A stretch of DNA of 64,000 bases from Torpedo marmorata (GCA_977017645.1 OZ360231.1:8184001-8248000); one strand, 5' to 3'. Counted from the first letter of the stretch, positions 36,886 to 50,766 are shown. Numbers and translations are program-made. The notes: a model not told the origin generated them from the sequence alone.

Positions 36886-37488
36886 TTGTTACTGCAACCA
36901 TCTGTGCAGCTGCATTTCCCTTGGAACATCTCTGCTGAATTGCTAATAAGGTATCCATGAGGCAAACGAACTTTTCTGTATTTAAAGTGCTCTGGGGTAG
37001 AAGTGTCAATTACATTATGCAGAGGAATTGGAGCAGGTTCTATGCCACAGCTTATGTCAGCTTTGTAAACAATTGGGTTCTTGCAAGGAAATGTTCTTGA
37101 AAGCTGAACGTATGTATTGAAAGAGAAAAAATCCAATGAAAGGAAGTCACACTGGGTTTGAAAAAGGTAATCGCGCACCTCCTTGAAATTCCGCAAACTT
37201 CTCCCACAAGGAGCTTTGTATGATACATGTGGAGGATCCATAACCTCAGTATCCCAGTGCAATTTTGCATGTCTTCTTTGAAACTGGCAGAGTATGGGAA
37301 TTTTCAGTGGATTTTCCCCTTTGAAATGATCAGAGGTTGGAGGCATTACTCCTGCAATGCACATTCTACTGCACTTGTGCTGATGAAATATGAATTGATC
37401 AGGATAGTTTGCATGATTGAACTCCTTTGAAGGAGATGCGCAGGTGGTGGAGGGTGCCAATCTTTTAATAACTGATGTACCGGTATGT
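36886..37488 (-). CDS. SETDB2: SETDB2 coding exon D (603 nt, phase 2-2): MBD and start of pre-SET
   Basis: ORF 36876..37460: KGENPLKIPILCQFQRRHAK, HVSYKAPCGRSLRN, FSFNTYVQL, CSCTDGC. Acceptor ccttttcag, donor gttagt. Confidence 0.95.
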
Positions 37489-38459
37489 CTGAAAAGGCAA
37501 AAGAAAATATTTACTTAATATTCTATCACACTTGTACACAACCATGTTTCCCTCTGCCAACATTAGAACTTGCTGGTACATGATCAGCACAGTGCTTAGT
37601 GCACTCAGTTTGAACAGCTAGATATTCAAGCAATGGTTAAAAATAACTCTTTAAACACATACCAGATTCTGGTAAGTGATATGAAGCACCAGCTTGAACA
37701 GATTGCAACAGGACCCATTCACATAAATTTTAAATGTTAAAGGATAGTTCAATGAAATCACTACTTAGACTCCCAAATTCCAAACTTGCTCAATCTTTCC
37801 TCATCCCAGAAACAAGCTAGTGATGGGGGAGAGGGCTGAGGGTAGCTCTCTGATAGAAGGAAGGGAAGGGTTGCCTATCTGTTTACTAATTTAATTCAAT
37901 TAGTTTACTATCATAGTTTTTGTTTACAAGTACCTGTTCAGCTGCAGCAAATAAGAATTTCAGTGGATATGTACATTGTACAATGTGTATGCCAATAAAC
38001 TCATCATTATCATCGAATGTATCCTTGCACTATCTCCAAGTACATTCTTTCTTGGGTGGAGATAAAAGTTAGACATAGAACTCCACACTGGTTTCAAATT
38101 CCATACAATCACAGAAAATCTTTATTCTATTCGTACTCCAACAACTTGCAATAAAGGCAACACACCATTTGTTTTCCTTACTGCTTGTTGTGCCTTGCCA
38201 AACTCAGAGCAAAGAGGTTGAGATGTGCAAGATCATGACTGGTTCAGACATGGTAAATAGAGGGAAGCTGTTCCCATTACAAAAGATCAAGGAACAGGGG
38301 CCACATATTTCATGATTTAGAATTCATTGACTGGAAGGATAGTGGAAACAGATTCACTCAGGACTTTCATGAAGGAATTCAATACACACTGAAGAGAAAA
38401 TAATGAACAGGACAAAGGAGAATGGGATAATCAAGACACCATCAAAGACTCATTGGGCT

Positions 38460-41400
38460 AAATCAACAGCAAATATTACAGGCCATTTCAAGATTAGAAG
38501 TTAATATGCAGCAAGAATTTAAAGAGGTGAAGCAAAATATTAGGAGATTGGAAAATACTGTGAGTAAAATGGAAAATAGAGTTCAAAAAGTTGAAGATGA
38601 TATTAAGAATAATTATGATGAATTCGTGGACTGTAGAGAAAGAGTTGATAAATTAGATGATTCATTTATAGGATGGGAATTACAAAGAAATCAATTGATG
38701 CAAAAAATGGATCAATTGGAAAATCAAAGCCGAAGAAATAATGTTAAAATACTGGGATTGCCTGAAGATACTGAAACACAAGATGTAACTTAATTTTTTC
38801 AAAATTGGCTTATGCAAACTTTTGCTTTTGACAAACCAGTGGAGCTGGAAAGAGCACATAGAATTGGGAGATGAAATCAGATAGATCGAAGACCATGTCC
38901 TGTGTTGATGAAATGTCTTAGATATCAGGATAGAGAAAAAATATTAAGAGCAGCGATTCAGAAGGCGAGAGACAACAGAGCTCCAATGATGATTGGTGAA
39001 ATAAAGTGCTTTTTTATCCAGATTTAAGTCCAGCGGTAGTTAAGAGTCGCAAAGAATTTAATCCAACAAAAGCATTACTCTGGCAGAAAGGATATAAATT
39101 TTCGTTTAAATATCCTGCGGCTTTGAGAGTTCAAAGTAATGGAAATGAGTTCATTCTGTTTATGGATCCTCAACAAGCTTATAAACATGCACAAACTCTT
39201 CCATATTTGATTAAAAAATCTGGAGTGAATAATCGTCAGCAAGATCAAGAAAATCAATTAATGCAAGTTTCTTCACCAAATTCTTTGCCAAGAGAGGAGA
39301 GGATTCTAGTTCAGACTGAAGAAGAACAAGATGATTTGGACATTGGATCAGTTAATTGAAGATATGATGTATAAGTTTACGTTAATCTGTTGGGGGGAGG
39401 TGGACTTTTTGTCTCTTTTTCCTAGCCATACACCACCTTAGTGGCGAGAGCCACTTCTCAAACAATGGAGGGGGGTAATACTGGGACAAAAACACCAGTA
39501 TTTTATACGCGGGGATTTTCTTTTTTTTCTTTCTATCTTTTACTTTATTTGAGCGGATACCATGTAGTTTACAATTTAGGAGGGAAAAGCTAGTAGATTT
39601 GATTGAAAGAGATTTGCTACAATTTAATTATGATGGATAGTAGGAGTATAAATTTAGTAAGTATTAATATAAATGGGCTTAATAATCCGATTAAGAGAAA
39701 AAGAACTTTAGCATATATTAAAAAGTTGAAGGTAGATATAGCATTTTTACAAGAGACTCATTTGATAGACTTGGAATATCAAAAATTAAAAAGAGAGTGG
39801 GTTGGTCATGTGGTGGCTTCTTCATTTAATTCTAAAGCAAGAGGGGTAGCTATATTAATTAATAAAAAATTACCTTTTAAGATACAATTGGTAGTTACAG
39901 GAAGATATGTTTTGATACATTGTCAAATTTATTCAGAATCTTGGACACTTATGAATTTATATGTGTCAAATCCAGATGATGAGCAGTTTATTCAAGATGC
40001 CTTTTTACACTTGTCAGATGCTAATGAGAATATTTTAATTGGGGGAGATTTTAATTGTTGTTTAGATTCAATAATGGACAAGACTTCAAGATCACCTGTT
40101 AGAGCTAAAATTGTTAAAATAATTCTTAATTTGATGAAAGATTTAAATTTAATAGATATTTGGAGGAGATTGAATCCTAGGGAGAAAGATTATTCATTTT
40201 ATTCTTTTAGACATGATTCATACTCTAGGATAGACTTATTTCTATTATCTTCACAGGTTCAAGATAGAATAACACAAGCATCCTATAAAGCGAGAGTAAT
40301 CTCTGATCATTCGCCTTTATTATTGTCTTGTATAATTCTGGAAAAAGAAAAAACTATATATAATTGGAGATTTGATTCGTCTTTATTAAAAAGGAAAGAT
40401 TTTTGTGAATACATAAGAAGAGAAATGCAGGAATTTTTGTGAATAAATGCTAATTCTATTAATGATAAATATATTGTGTGGGAAGCTTTAAAAGCTTATT
40501 TAAGGGGTTTAATAATAAGCTATTCAGTTAAAATTAAGAAAGATTATCTTAAGGAATCAGAAAAACTTGAGAAGGAAATTGAACTTATGGAAAAGGATTT
40601 ACAGAGAAATAGATCAATTCAAAAAAGAAATCATTTAATAGGGAAGAAATTATATTATAATTTGTTACAAACATATAAAATGGAAAAATTAATTGAGAAA
40701 ACTAAACAAAGATATTATGAATTGGGGGAAAGAGCCCATAAGGTTTTGGCATGGCAATTGAAAAAAGAACAAGTTTCTAAAACTATAAATGCTATAAGGA
40801 AGAAAAATACTGGAGAAATAACTTATAAACCTCATGAGATAAATGAATCTTTTAAAGATTATTATCAGAATTTATATAAATCGCAGATTGACCAAGATGA
40901 TTCTAAAATTAATAGATTCCTATCCAAAATTACATTACCTAAATTGAACATTCAGAGTAGAGATTCTTTAGATCTGCCTTTTACAATGAGGGAAGTTAGT
41001 GAAGTTTTTTCTTCGCTGAAGAGTGGTAAATCTGCGGGTGATGATGGGTTTACATCAGAATTTTATAAAGAATTTAAAGATTTATTAATACCTCCATATA
41101 TGGAAGTACTAGATCAAATTACGGAAACTCATTTATTACCGAAAACATTTTTAAATGCTATAATTACAGTTATACCAAAGAAGGATAGGGATGTATTAAA
41201 AACTGAATCATATAGACCTATTTCATTATTAAATGTAGACTATAAAATAATGGCGAAAATTTTAGAAAACAGAATGGCTAAATATTTGCCAGATTTGATA
41301 CATCTAGATCAAGCTGGTTTTATTAAAAATAGATATTCAAAAGATAATATAGCTAGATTAATTAGTTTAATTAGTTTGCATAAAAAGAAACAAGATCTAC

Positions 41401-43669
41401 CATTAGTTGTAACATTAGACGTTGAAAAGGCTTTTAATAGATTAGAATGGGATTTTTTATTTAAGGCATTAGAAAAATTTGGTTTTGGAAATACATTTAT
41501 AAATTGGATTAAAACTATATATAAAGAACCATCAGATAAAGTAATTACAAATGGACAAATATCGCCAAAATTTCTTTAACATGCTCTACGAGACAGGGAT
41601 GTCCTCTGTCACCAGCCTTATTTGTTTTGGCGATAGAACCTTTGGCTGAATTAGTTAGAAAAGATCCTAAGATAGTGGGTATTAAAGTTGGTATGGAAGA
41701 ACATAAGATTAGTTTGTTTGCAGATGATGTATTGATATATATGACAAAATCTATTATATCACTTCAACAACTATCTATCATATTAAGAGAATATGGTGAA
41801 GTATCTGGATATAAAATTAATTCTGATAAAAGTGAAATTATGGCTTTATCTCAAGGTGATTATACTAGATGTAAAGAAATTACACAATTTAAATGGGCTA
41901 AAGAAGGAATTAAATATTTGGGAGTTAAGGTTGATACAAAATTGGAAAATTTATATAAATTAAACTATTTATCATTATTTGTGAAAATAAAGAAAGATTT
42001 AGAGAATTGGAAAGATTTACCCATAACTTTAATGGGAAGAGTAAATTGTATTAAAATGAATATATTTCCAAGAATTCAGTATCTTTTTCAATCAATTCCT
42101 TTTGGAATTCCTCAAAATTTTTTAAAAGATTTAAATTTTATTATTAGGAAATTTTTATGGAAAGGAAAGTTAGCAAGAGTAAGTATGGAAAAGTTAACTT
42201 GGAATTATGAGATGGGTGGATTGCAACTTCCTAATTTTCAAAATTATTATAAAGCAGCTCAATTAAAATTTGTTAATGAATTTTTTGATTCAACTAAATC
42301 TTCTGCTTGGATTAAAATAGAATTAAATAATATAGGAGAAGATTTTAAAGAAGAAATTATTTATAAATGGGATTCTAAATTAATATCAGTAAAAAAAGAA
42401 AAATTCACCAATTATTAAACATTTGTTAGAAATATGGGGTAAGACGGATAAAGAAATAGGTGGAAAAGGATTGATTTCTTCAAATACGCCATTATATCAA
42501 AATGGACTTATATCATTTACTGTTAATAATCAGTTACTTAAAATTTGGTTTCAAAAAGGTATTAAGAAGATTAGTGATTGTTTTGAAGCTGGAAAATTTA
42601 TTATGTTTCAAAGAATGAAAGATAAATTTAATATATCAGATAATACATTTTTAGCTTATTATCAAGTTAAAGCTTTTTTGACTGAGAAATTAGGTTATGC
42701 CTTGATTCTACCGAGACAAAATGAGTTATTTATTAGTTACTAACGGAGATGTCAATAAATTCATTTCTCAAATGTATAAATTGTTTCAGAGGAAAATGCC
42801 TAAAATAGGATTGCATAAATCAAGATTAAAATGGGAATTAGTTTTAAATGTAAATATAGACAAAAATCATTGGAAAGATTTATGTAAATTAAGTATGACG
42901 AAGATTATCAATGTTAGATATAGACTAGTACAATATAATTTTTTTCATCAATTATACTTAACACCTAAAAAACTAAAGAAATTTAATCCGATATTATCAG
43001 GCTTATGTTTTAGATGTAATAGAGAGGAAGGTTCTTTTGTTCATTCTACATGGTTTTGTCCAAAAATTCAAGATTTTTGGTTGAAAGTTAAAAAATTTTA
43101 GATAAAGTATTTAAGATTATATTTCCAATGGATCCTATGTTATTTTTATTTGGAGATATTAAAAAATTTAGTATTAAGAAGAAATTAAGTATGTATCAAG
43201 TAGAATTTTTGCGAATTGCTTTAGCTGTTTCAAAAAAATGCATTGCTATTACTTGGAAATCTGATTTAGATTTAGGATTAGAAAGATGGCATGCAGAACT
43301 TCGTTTGTGTATACCACTTGAAAAAATTACTTATAATTTACGTAACAAATATCATTTTTTCTTGAAAATTTGGAGCCCATATATGAGAGCCGTGGGTTTA
43401 AGGATTTGAAGATCTCTAGATATCGGATCTGCTGGCATATTTGACCTCCATAATAGAATTAGTTTAGAAGGTATTCCCCTTATTCTATTCTTTTCTTTCT
43501 TTCTTTTTTTCTATTTTACTTTAATTTTTTTATTAGATTAGTGGGGATGGGGGGGGTTGGGGAGGGGAGGGAGGGTGGGGGGGTGAAAATGTATCACATG
43601 TATTTTGATAATTTTATATCTTATCTCATGTATTTTGTGATTTAAAAATTTAAATAAAATAACTTAAAA
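38460..43669 (+). mobile_element. Near full-length L1/Tx1-clade LINE (ORF1 partial, ORF2 broken by stops and frameshifts), inserted in an old CR1 tail
   Basis: ORF1 LENQSRRNNVKILGLPE and FYPDLS. ORF2 NINGL, LQETH, GGDFN, SDHSP, LFADD, CFRC. 16-bp TSD aaagactcattgggct (38444-38459, 43670-43685). Confidence 0.95.
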
Positions 43670-44805
43670 AAAGACTCATTGGGCTGAATGTGTATATGAT
43701 TCTATGATTTTACCTGATGGCTTGGGTTTTGTTTGAACATCCATCTAAATACTGAGTATCATGTTATTTTCATCAATGTATGTACATTTTTAAAATTAGT
43801 TGTGACTACATGCACAGTTAAACCATACATCGTATTATTTTATTAATTTTTAATTTAGGGTTTTAAATTGGCTGTTATTTTATCTCCTTTTTTTCCCAGT
43901 TGTAGCTTTAAAAGTTAAAATGTTTTGCTCTTATCAACTATGGGACAATGAGGATTTAAATTTTGCATAAAAGAGTTAGCAACCTTTTTGTGTCAATTTT
44001 AGGTGTGTTGAGAAATAGAACAAAAATAACAAAGGGAACATGGAGGCCATTCATTCTGATTAATATCAGCCATGATTCAGTTGTATCAGGCTAAACTCAG
44101 CCTCTGAAATTTATGGTTCAAATTCCACTGCAGAGATTATTTTTGTCAATACTAAATAAATTACTACGCATGTTGGCAGAGATCATCCTTTCTTTGCCAA
44201 GAATAAACTTTGCTATCTGACTTTCACTCCAGAAACATAGCATCATCATTCTCCTCTTTGTTTGAATCTTACTAATGTGTATTCATCCCAATGCCAAAAA
44301 TGTAGTGATTAAGAAAATTTAGTGATTTGATGGTGTTTGCCTGACCTATATTCACAAACTACTAGTTTGCAATATTCGTTCATTAAATCACTATGTAAAG
44401 TTGCCTCCATTATAACAATTAAGACTAGATAGTCTGAAAGTACCAGATTATAAATTTAAATTATCTGAAGGATAACTCCATTTTAGCAGATTGACATAAC
44501 ATATCAATCTAACACAATAGCCACAGTGATTTGGGCAGCTACTGGTTGAATTACAGAAAATGTTAAAAAAAAATGTAAAGGTTAAAGTGTAAAAGAGATT
44601 TTAAAAAGTACACACAATTTTGGTTGACTTCACTTCAATTCACCCCAATTACTCCAAGTTATGCAGACAAACAAAAGTCTCAGAAGAAGATCAGGATAAG
44701 ATGATGACTTAATTTTGAACAATATCACAGTACATTTGAACAATTGTTAACAAAGTTACACAACTTTAACTCACAAAGATGAAGCCTTGAATACTGCATA
44801 CTCAC

Positions 44806-44905
44806 AAAAACAGGGAATTGTCTGTTGCTGATTCTCTTTCTATTTCTTCAGAAATCATCTTTTCTGAAATCTCTTCACAGTCAAACTGAAACCTTTCTTC
44901 ATTTT
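44806..44905 (-). CDS. SETDB2: SETDB2 coding exon C (100 nt, phase 1-2): (E)NEERFQFDCEEISEKMISEEIERESATDNSLF
   Basis: Acceptor attatag, donor gtgagt, open frame. It supplies the phase 1 to 2 change needed between exons B and D. Sequence conservation is low. Confidence 0.78.
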
Positions 44906-45159
44906 CTATAATTTGGGATACAAACCCCAAAAAATAAAATGTGTTTAGTTAAAGAATTACGGAAGCTTCTTTTAGTTTCACAGCTAGATAACGTACTGAA
45001 ATGGGTAGTATTAATTGGGCCAACTTGGTGGATGATCGGGAGGGGGAAGGGGGTTGGTTTGCAGGGAAAGAATATATCTATGCATGTGTATACACACAGC
45101 GAGGTTATTAACCTTGGCAGAATTACAGCACTTTTAATCAAAAGGATATGGAATTGAGG

Positions 45160-45300
45160 CTGACACCAGTACAGTACTGAATAAATTTAGCACTTTTGAA
45201 GGTATTGCCTTTTAGATGTGACATTAAAATGAGAACCCCATTCTCCCTCAGCCTCTTGTAAAAATAAAATCCCATAGTGGAAGGTAGATTACTTGCATCT
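45160..45300 (+). mobile_element. DeuSINE-like remnant
   Basis: cagtacagtactga...gccttttagatgtgacattaaa resembles the Deu domain (from memory). Confidence 0.4.
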
Positions 45301-45312
45301 AGCTAATAATAA

Positions 45313-45648
45313 AGGCAGCACAGCAACAAAGTTAGCAGAGCTGATACCTCACAGGTCCAGAGTTCAATCCTGATCTCGGGTGCTGTCTGTGCATAGTTTG
45401 CACATTCTCCCTGTGACTGCACGGGTTTCCTCTGAATGCTCGAGTGTCCTCCCACCTCCCAAAGACTTGGCTTGATGGGTTAAGTAGCTGCAGTAAATTG
45501 CCCAAGCATATGTGTGTGATAGAACCTGAGGGTAGTTGATAAAATGTGGGAGCATTAAAAAATTGGGATTAGTGCAAGATAAGTGTAAATAGATGCTTCT
45601 TGTTCAGTGTGGTTTGAAGGGTTGCTTCTGTGCTGCATCTATGACTCC
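45313..45648 (+). mobile_element. Older V-SINE
   Basis: gagttcaatcc B box, gtttgcacattctccctgtgactgcacgggtttcctc V domain, CR1-like tail. Confidence 0.75.
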
Positions 45649-46042
45649 ATTACGCCGTCAATCATAATCATTGTAAAGACAAATTATTTAGTTATATACC
45701 CTACTGTTGTACGTGCAACCTACTACAAACAAATTTGCTACCATATATTCTGTATTACAACACTGACAACACACCAAAATAGACATAAGAGTAGCCTGAA
45801 AATAAAATTTAGCCGATTGGCTTGAATGGTGAAAAATGCTCCTTAGATGTTATGCTTTCATTTTTTAGATACCTACCATTTTTGAAGATATAAAGGATGA
45901 GGTTACTTAGTAGAAGACAAGCATCAAGGGACTAGAGATCTAAACAAATGTCTTCTATTCTTTACATACGGTGATGCTGAGATTTTACTGCTGCCTTAAC
46001 TTAAATTCAAGGAAATAAAGAGTTTTAATGTTTTGCCTCTAC

Positions 46043-46114
46043 CTGCTGTGTCAGGTGAAATCGAATTCTTGTAGATTCCAGCTTTGTTGACCAAATTTAA
46101 AGCCTTCAAATATT
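46043..46114 (-). CDS. SETDB2: SETDB2 coding exon B (72 nt, phase 1-1): (E)YLKALNLVNKAGIYKNSISPDTA
   Basis: Acceptor ttttctctttctgcag, donor gtagag. Similar to human EYIQAMILVNEA. Too short for the ORF track. Confidence 0.88.
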
Positions 46115-47131
46115 CTGCAGAAAGAGAAAACTTAAACAACATAATGGATAGCTAGGCAGAAGAATCTATTCAATATTATTTGCATTACTGGATTATTTGT
46201 ACAACAAATTCCTATGTACGTTTTATAGTTAATTGAAATTGTTTCAGTTGATAGATCCACAATGTTTATATATCAGCAACCAATGGCTATTTATTAAGCT
46301 ACTTTAAACAAATATACATTTCACAAGAACAGAAATGACAAAATCTGAAACTCAATGAAATTATGATAATTGATTTTTAGTTGCTACGTTACAAAACTTG
46401 TGCTTAGATTCAAGACAAATTTACCCATGGTTTCAAGGTTTCCCAAACAAAATTATCCTTCAAAGTCCCCCTGCTGCACTTGTCACAAAGATATTTTAAT
46501 CTGGAAGACCTTCAGGAAATAACCAGTAACATCTCTTGTCAATTACCAGGAAATGCCACCCCTTCATTAATATTCTGACCACAAAGGCTTTTATTCACAT
46601 GCAACACTAGTAGAATACAAATTTCTAGAGTAAGATGAAATTATGCTTATCTCGTTGGATCCTGTTGAACAACAGTTAAATTGTTCAGGTTGAAATACAG
46701 AAAATAAATGCCATGCTAATCCCTTGACTGGCCCACCATTTATCCATTTTTCCCTTGCTGCCTCTACTACCCGCATGAAAAAACCACCCCATTTCCAACT
46801 TTATTATACAAAAACATTTCTCTTAACTTCATTCTCGACCTCATGGATTCAATGATGTGAAGACGTTTGGTGAAAAGACTTCTTGTTTGTCCTGTCAAAT
46901 AACCTTTAATTTCAATTAAATCTTCACAGTGGGAGATCATTTGACCTTTTGCATGTGCTCTGCCATTGAATAAGATCATGATTGATTGTTCACTTCACTT
47001 CATCAAATCCTTCAATTTCATCAATATCCAAAAATTTATCAATCCCTTGGCCTTTGCTGTATTAGTGGGCATAATTCCAATAATTTTTCAATCCTCATAA
47101 TTTTAGTTTCTTATCAATGACATCATTCCAA

Positions 47132-49584
47132 AATGTAGATTACAAGATAATGGCAAAAATTTTAGCAAATAGGATGGCTAATTATTTACCAGATTTAATT
47201 CATGTAGACCAAGCTGGTTTTATTAAGAATAGATATTCAAAAGATAATATAGCTAGATTAATTAGCTTAATTAATTTACAAAAAAAGAAAGAAGATTTAC
47301 CATTAGTATTAACGTTAGATGCCGAAAAGGCTTTTGATAGACTAGAGTGGAATTTTTTATTTAAGGTGTTGGAGAAATTTGGTTTTGGAATTACGTTTAT
47401 TAATTGGATTAAAACTATATATAAAGAACCATCTGCCAAAGTGGTTACAAATGGACAGATTTCTTCAAGATTTCCTTTGACTCGATCTACTAGACAAGGA
47501 TGTCCTTTGTTACCAGCGTTATTTATTTTGGCGATAGAACCTCTGGCAGAATTAGTTAGAAAAGATCCTAAAATAGTTGGTATTAAAGTTGGAATGGAGG
47601 AACATAAAATTAGTTTATTTGCAAACGATGTATTGATATATATGATAAAATCTACTACATCTTTAGTACAATTATCTGCGTTATTGAGAGAATATGGGGA
47701 AATATCTGGATATAAAATTAATTCTGATAAAAGTGAAATTATGGCATTATCACAAGGGGATTATAGTAAGTGTAAAGAAATTACACAATTTAAATGGGCA
47801 AAGGAAGGAATTAAGTATTTGGGAATAAGAATTGATACAAAATTGGCTAATTTATATAAATTAAATTATTTACCATTATTTGTGAAAATAAAAAAGGATT
47901 TAGAAAATTGGAAAGATACCTATAACTTTAATGGGAAGAGTAAATTGTATTAAAATGAATATTTTTCCAAGAATTCAATACCTTTTCCAATCAATTCCTT
48001 ATGAGATTCCTCAAAATTTTAAAAAAGATTTAAATTTAATTATTAGAAAATTTTTATGGAAAGGAAAGTTAGCATGAGTAGGTATGGAAAAATTAACTTG
48101 GAATTATGAAATGGGAGGTTTACAACTTCCTAATTTTCAAAATTATTATAAAGCAGCTCAATTGAAATTTGTTAATGAACTTTTTGATTCAACCAAATCT
48201 TCTGCTTGGATTAAAATAGAATTAAATAATATAGGAGAAGATTTTAAAGAAGTAGTTATTTATAAATGGGATTCTAAATTAATATCAATAAGAAAGAAAA
48301 ACTCTCCTATTCTTAAACATTTGTTGGAAATATGGAATAAGACGGATAAGGAAATAGGAGGAAAAGGAATGATTTCTTCAAGGATGCCTTTATATCAAAA
48401 TCATCTTATTCCATTTACTATTAATAATCAATTATTTAAAATTTGGTTTCAAAAAGGAATTAAGAAAATAAATGATTGTTTTGAAGCTGGGAAATTTATT
48501 ACTTTCCAAAGAATGAAAGATAAATTTAATATATTAGATAATACACTTTTTTCTTATTATCAAATTAGAGCTTTTCTGATTGAGAAATTAGGTTATGCTT
48601 AGATCTTACCAGGACAGAACGAATTAGAATTATTACTTACTAAAGGAGATGTAAACAAATTTATTTCTCAAATGTATAAATTGTTTCAGAGGAAAATCCC
48701 TAAAGTAGGAATTCATAAATCAAGATTAAAATGGGAATTAGATTTGAACGTAACAATAGATGAAAATCATTGGAAAGAATTATGTAAATTAAGTATGACG
48801 AAGATTATTAATGTTAGATATAGATTAGTACAATACAATTTTTTTCATCAATTATATTTAACACCTAAAAAATTAAAGAAATTTAACCCGACATTATCAG
48901 ATTTATGTTTCAGATGTAATAAAGAGGAAGGTTCTTTTGTACATTCTACATAGTTTTGTCCAAAAGTCTACGATTTTTGGTTGAAAGTTAAAAATTTTTT
49001 AGATAAAGTATTTAAGATTATATTCCCGATAGATCCTATGATATTTTTGTTTGGAGATATTAAAAAATTTAGTATTAAGATGAAATTAAATATGTATCAA
49101 ATAGAATTTTTGCGAATTGTTTTAGCTGTTTCAAAGAAATGCATTGCTATTACTTGGAAATCTGATGTTGATTTAGGGTTAGAAAGATGGCATGCAGAAC
49201 TTCGTTCATGTATACCACTTGAAAAAATTACTTATAATTTACGGGATAAATACCATTTCTTTTTAAAAATATGGAGCCCATATATGAAAGCTGTCGGTTT
49301 AAGGATTTGAAAATCTCTGGACAATGGATCTACTGGCTACCCGACCTCCATAATAGAATTAGTTTATAGATGTATTTATTAGATTGACATTCTCCTTATC
49401 TTATCTTTTTCTTTTCTATTTCTTCCTTTTTTTTATTATTTTATTAGATTAGTGGGGTTGGGAGGGTTGGGGAGGGGAGGGTGGGAGGGGGGGGTTGAAA
49501 ATGTATCACAAGTATTTTGATAATTTTATATTTTATTCTATGTATTTTGTGATTTAAAATTTTAAATAAAATATTTTTTTTAAA
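47132..49584 (+). mobile_element. L1/Tx1-clade LINE, 5'-truncated at the RT start
   Basis: ORFs 47117..49310. The catalytic motif reads FAND. TSD aat(g/t)acatcattccaa (47116-47131, 49585-49600). Confidence 0.93.
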
Positions 49585-50134
49585 AATTACATCATTCCAA
49601 TGAACCTACACTTAAATATTTCTACACAAGTATACATGTACATTCCACAGTTTATTCTTATTATTCTTTAAATAGATGTTGATGGAAGTGAAAAAAGCAA
49701 TGAGATTCAAGGAAACATCAAATGAAAGTTTATGAAGAACAAAAGTATTGTGAAGTATGAAAATATCTGAGAGGTTTGATAGTTAAATTAGATGTGTGCT
49801 TTTGCTCAGCTGCAGGATGATTGTCCAGCAGCCAAGAAAACTGCACAACATCAACGCTGCACAGTTGTAAGCAGGCTGCAGAACCTGGGCCAGTATTTAG
49901 GGTAATCAAAACATAACTTAATTAGTTTACTACATTATTTAGATTCAAAGAAATGGCTTCTGAAATATGCCAAAAACTATGTGCCAGCAAGTATGAAAGT
50001 CTGTGGATAAATGCAAATTCTTTGTTATTTAAAAAAAAACTACAACCAACTTCCAGTTCTAAATTCTAAGTTACACACATTAGAAAGTTACTGAAATCGT
50101 GAATTTGGGAAAAATAACTCAGTAAATCTCTTAC

Positions 50135-50260
50135 CTTGATTGTTTGCTGAACCATTGGCAATTTTCTTTTCAAGGCAGTTTAATACATTATTCAGTTGCT
50201 CAAAGATGTGCTCCACGCTCCCAGAAGCTTGCATTTTATTCCAAAATAATTTTGCTTTTT
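50135..50260 (-). CDS. SETDB2: SETDB2 coding exon A (126 nt, phase 1-1): (E)KAKLFWNKMQASGSVEHIFEQLNNVLNCLEKKIANGSANNQ
   Basis: Acceptor tttcctcag, donor gtaag. Resembles the human N-terminus AKTFWMELEDDGKVDFIFEQVQNVLQSLKQKIKDGSATNK (from memory). Confidence 0.9.
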
Positions 50261-50766
50261 CTGAGGAAATCAAGACCATTGCAGTAGGTCATTGGGCCCT
50301 TGAGCCTTTAACTTGTCCTGCCATTCTCCCCTGGTCCAATTCCTCCCCACCTACATCCGCGACACCTCACATGCCCTCCATCTCCTCAATGACTTCAGAT
50401 TCCCTGAACCGGACCGCATCATCTTCACCATGGATGTCCAATCCCTTTATACCTCTATCCCCCACACAGAAGGTCTGAAAGCACTTCGCTTCTTCCTGGA
50501 CCAAAGACCCGACCAGTCACCCTCTACCACCACCCTCCTCCGCCTGGAAGAACTTGTCCTCACTCTCAATAACTTCTCCTTCAACTCATCCCACTTCCTC
50601 CAAATCAAAGGAGCAGCCATAGGTACCCGCATGCCTGCCTGTTTGTGGGCTTTGTGGAGCAATCCATGCTGCAAGCCTACACAGGCAAGACCCCTCATCT
50701 CTTCCTCCGTTATATCGACGACTACATCGGGGCTGCCTCATGCACCCGCGATGAGCTTGTCAACTT

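Larger units (their letters stand above)
7031..50260 (-). other. SETDB2: SETDB2 gene body (12 coding exons found; first coding exon/5' UTR not located)
   Basis: Spliced translation follows vertebrate SETDB2 from AKLFW...EHIFEQ through MBD, pre-SET, GWGVRC, RFLNHSCDPN, ELTWDY and post-SET CxCxxxxC. Exon lengths sum to 2195 nt with consistent phases. Confidence 0.95.
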
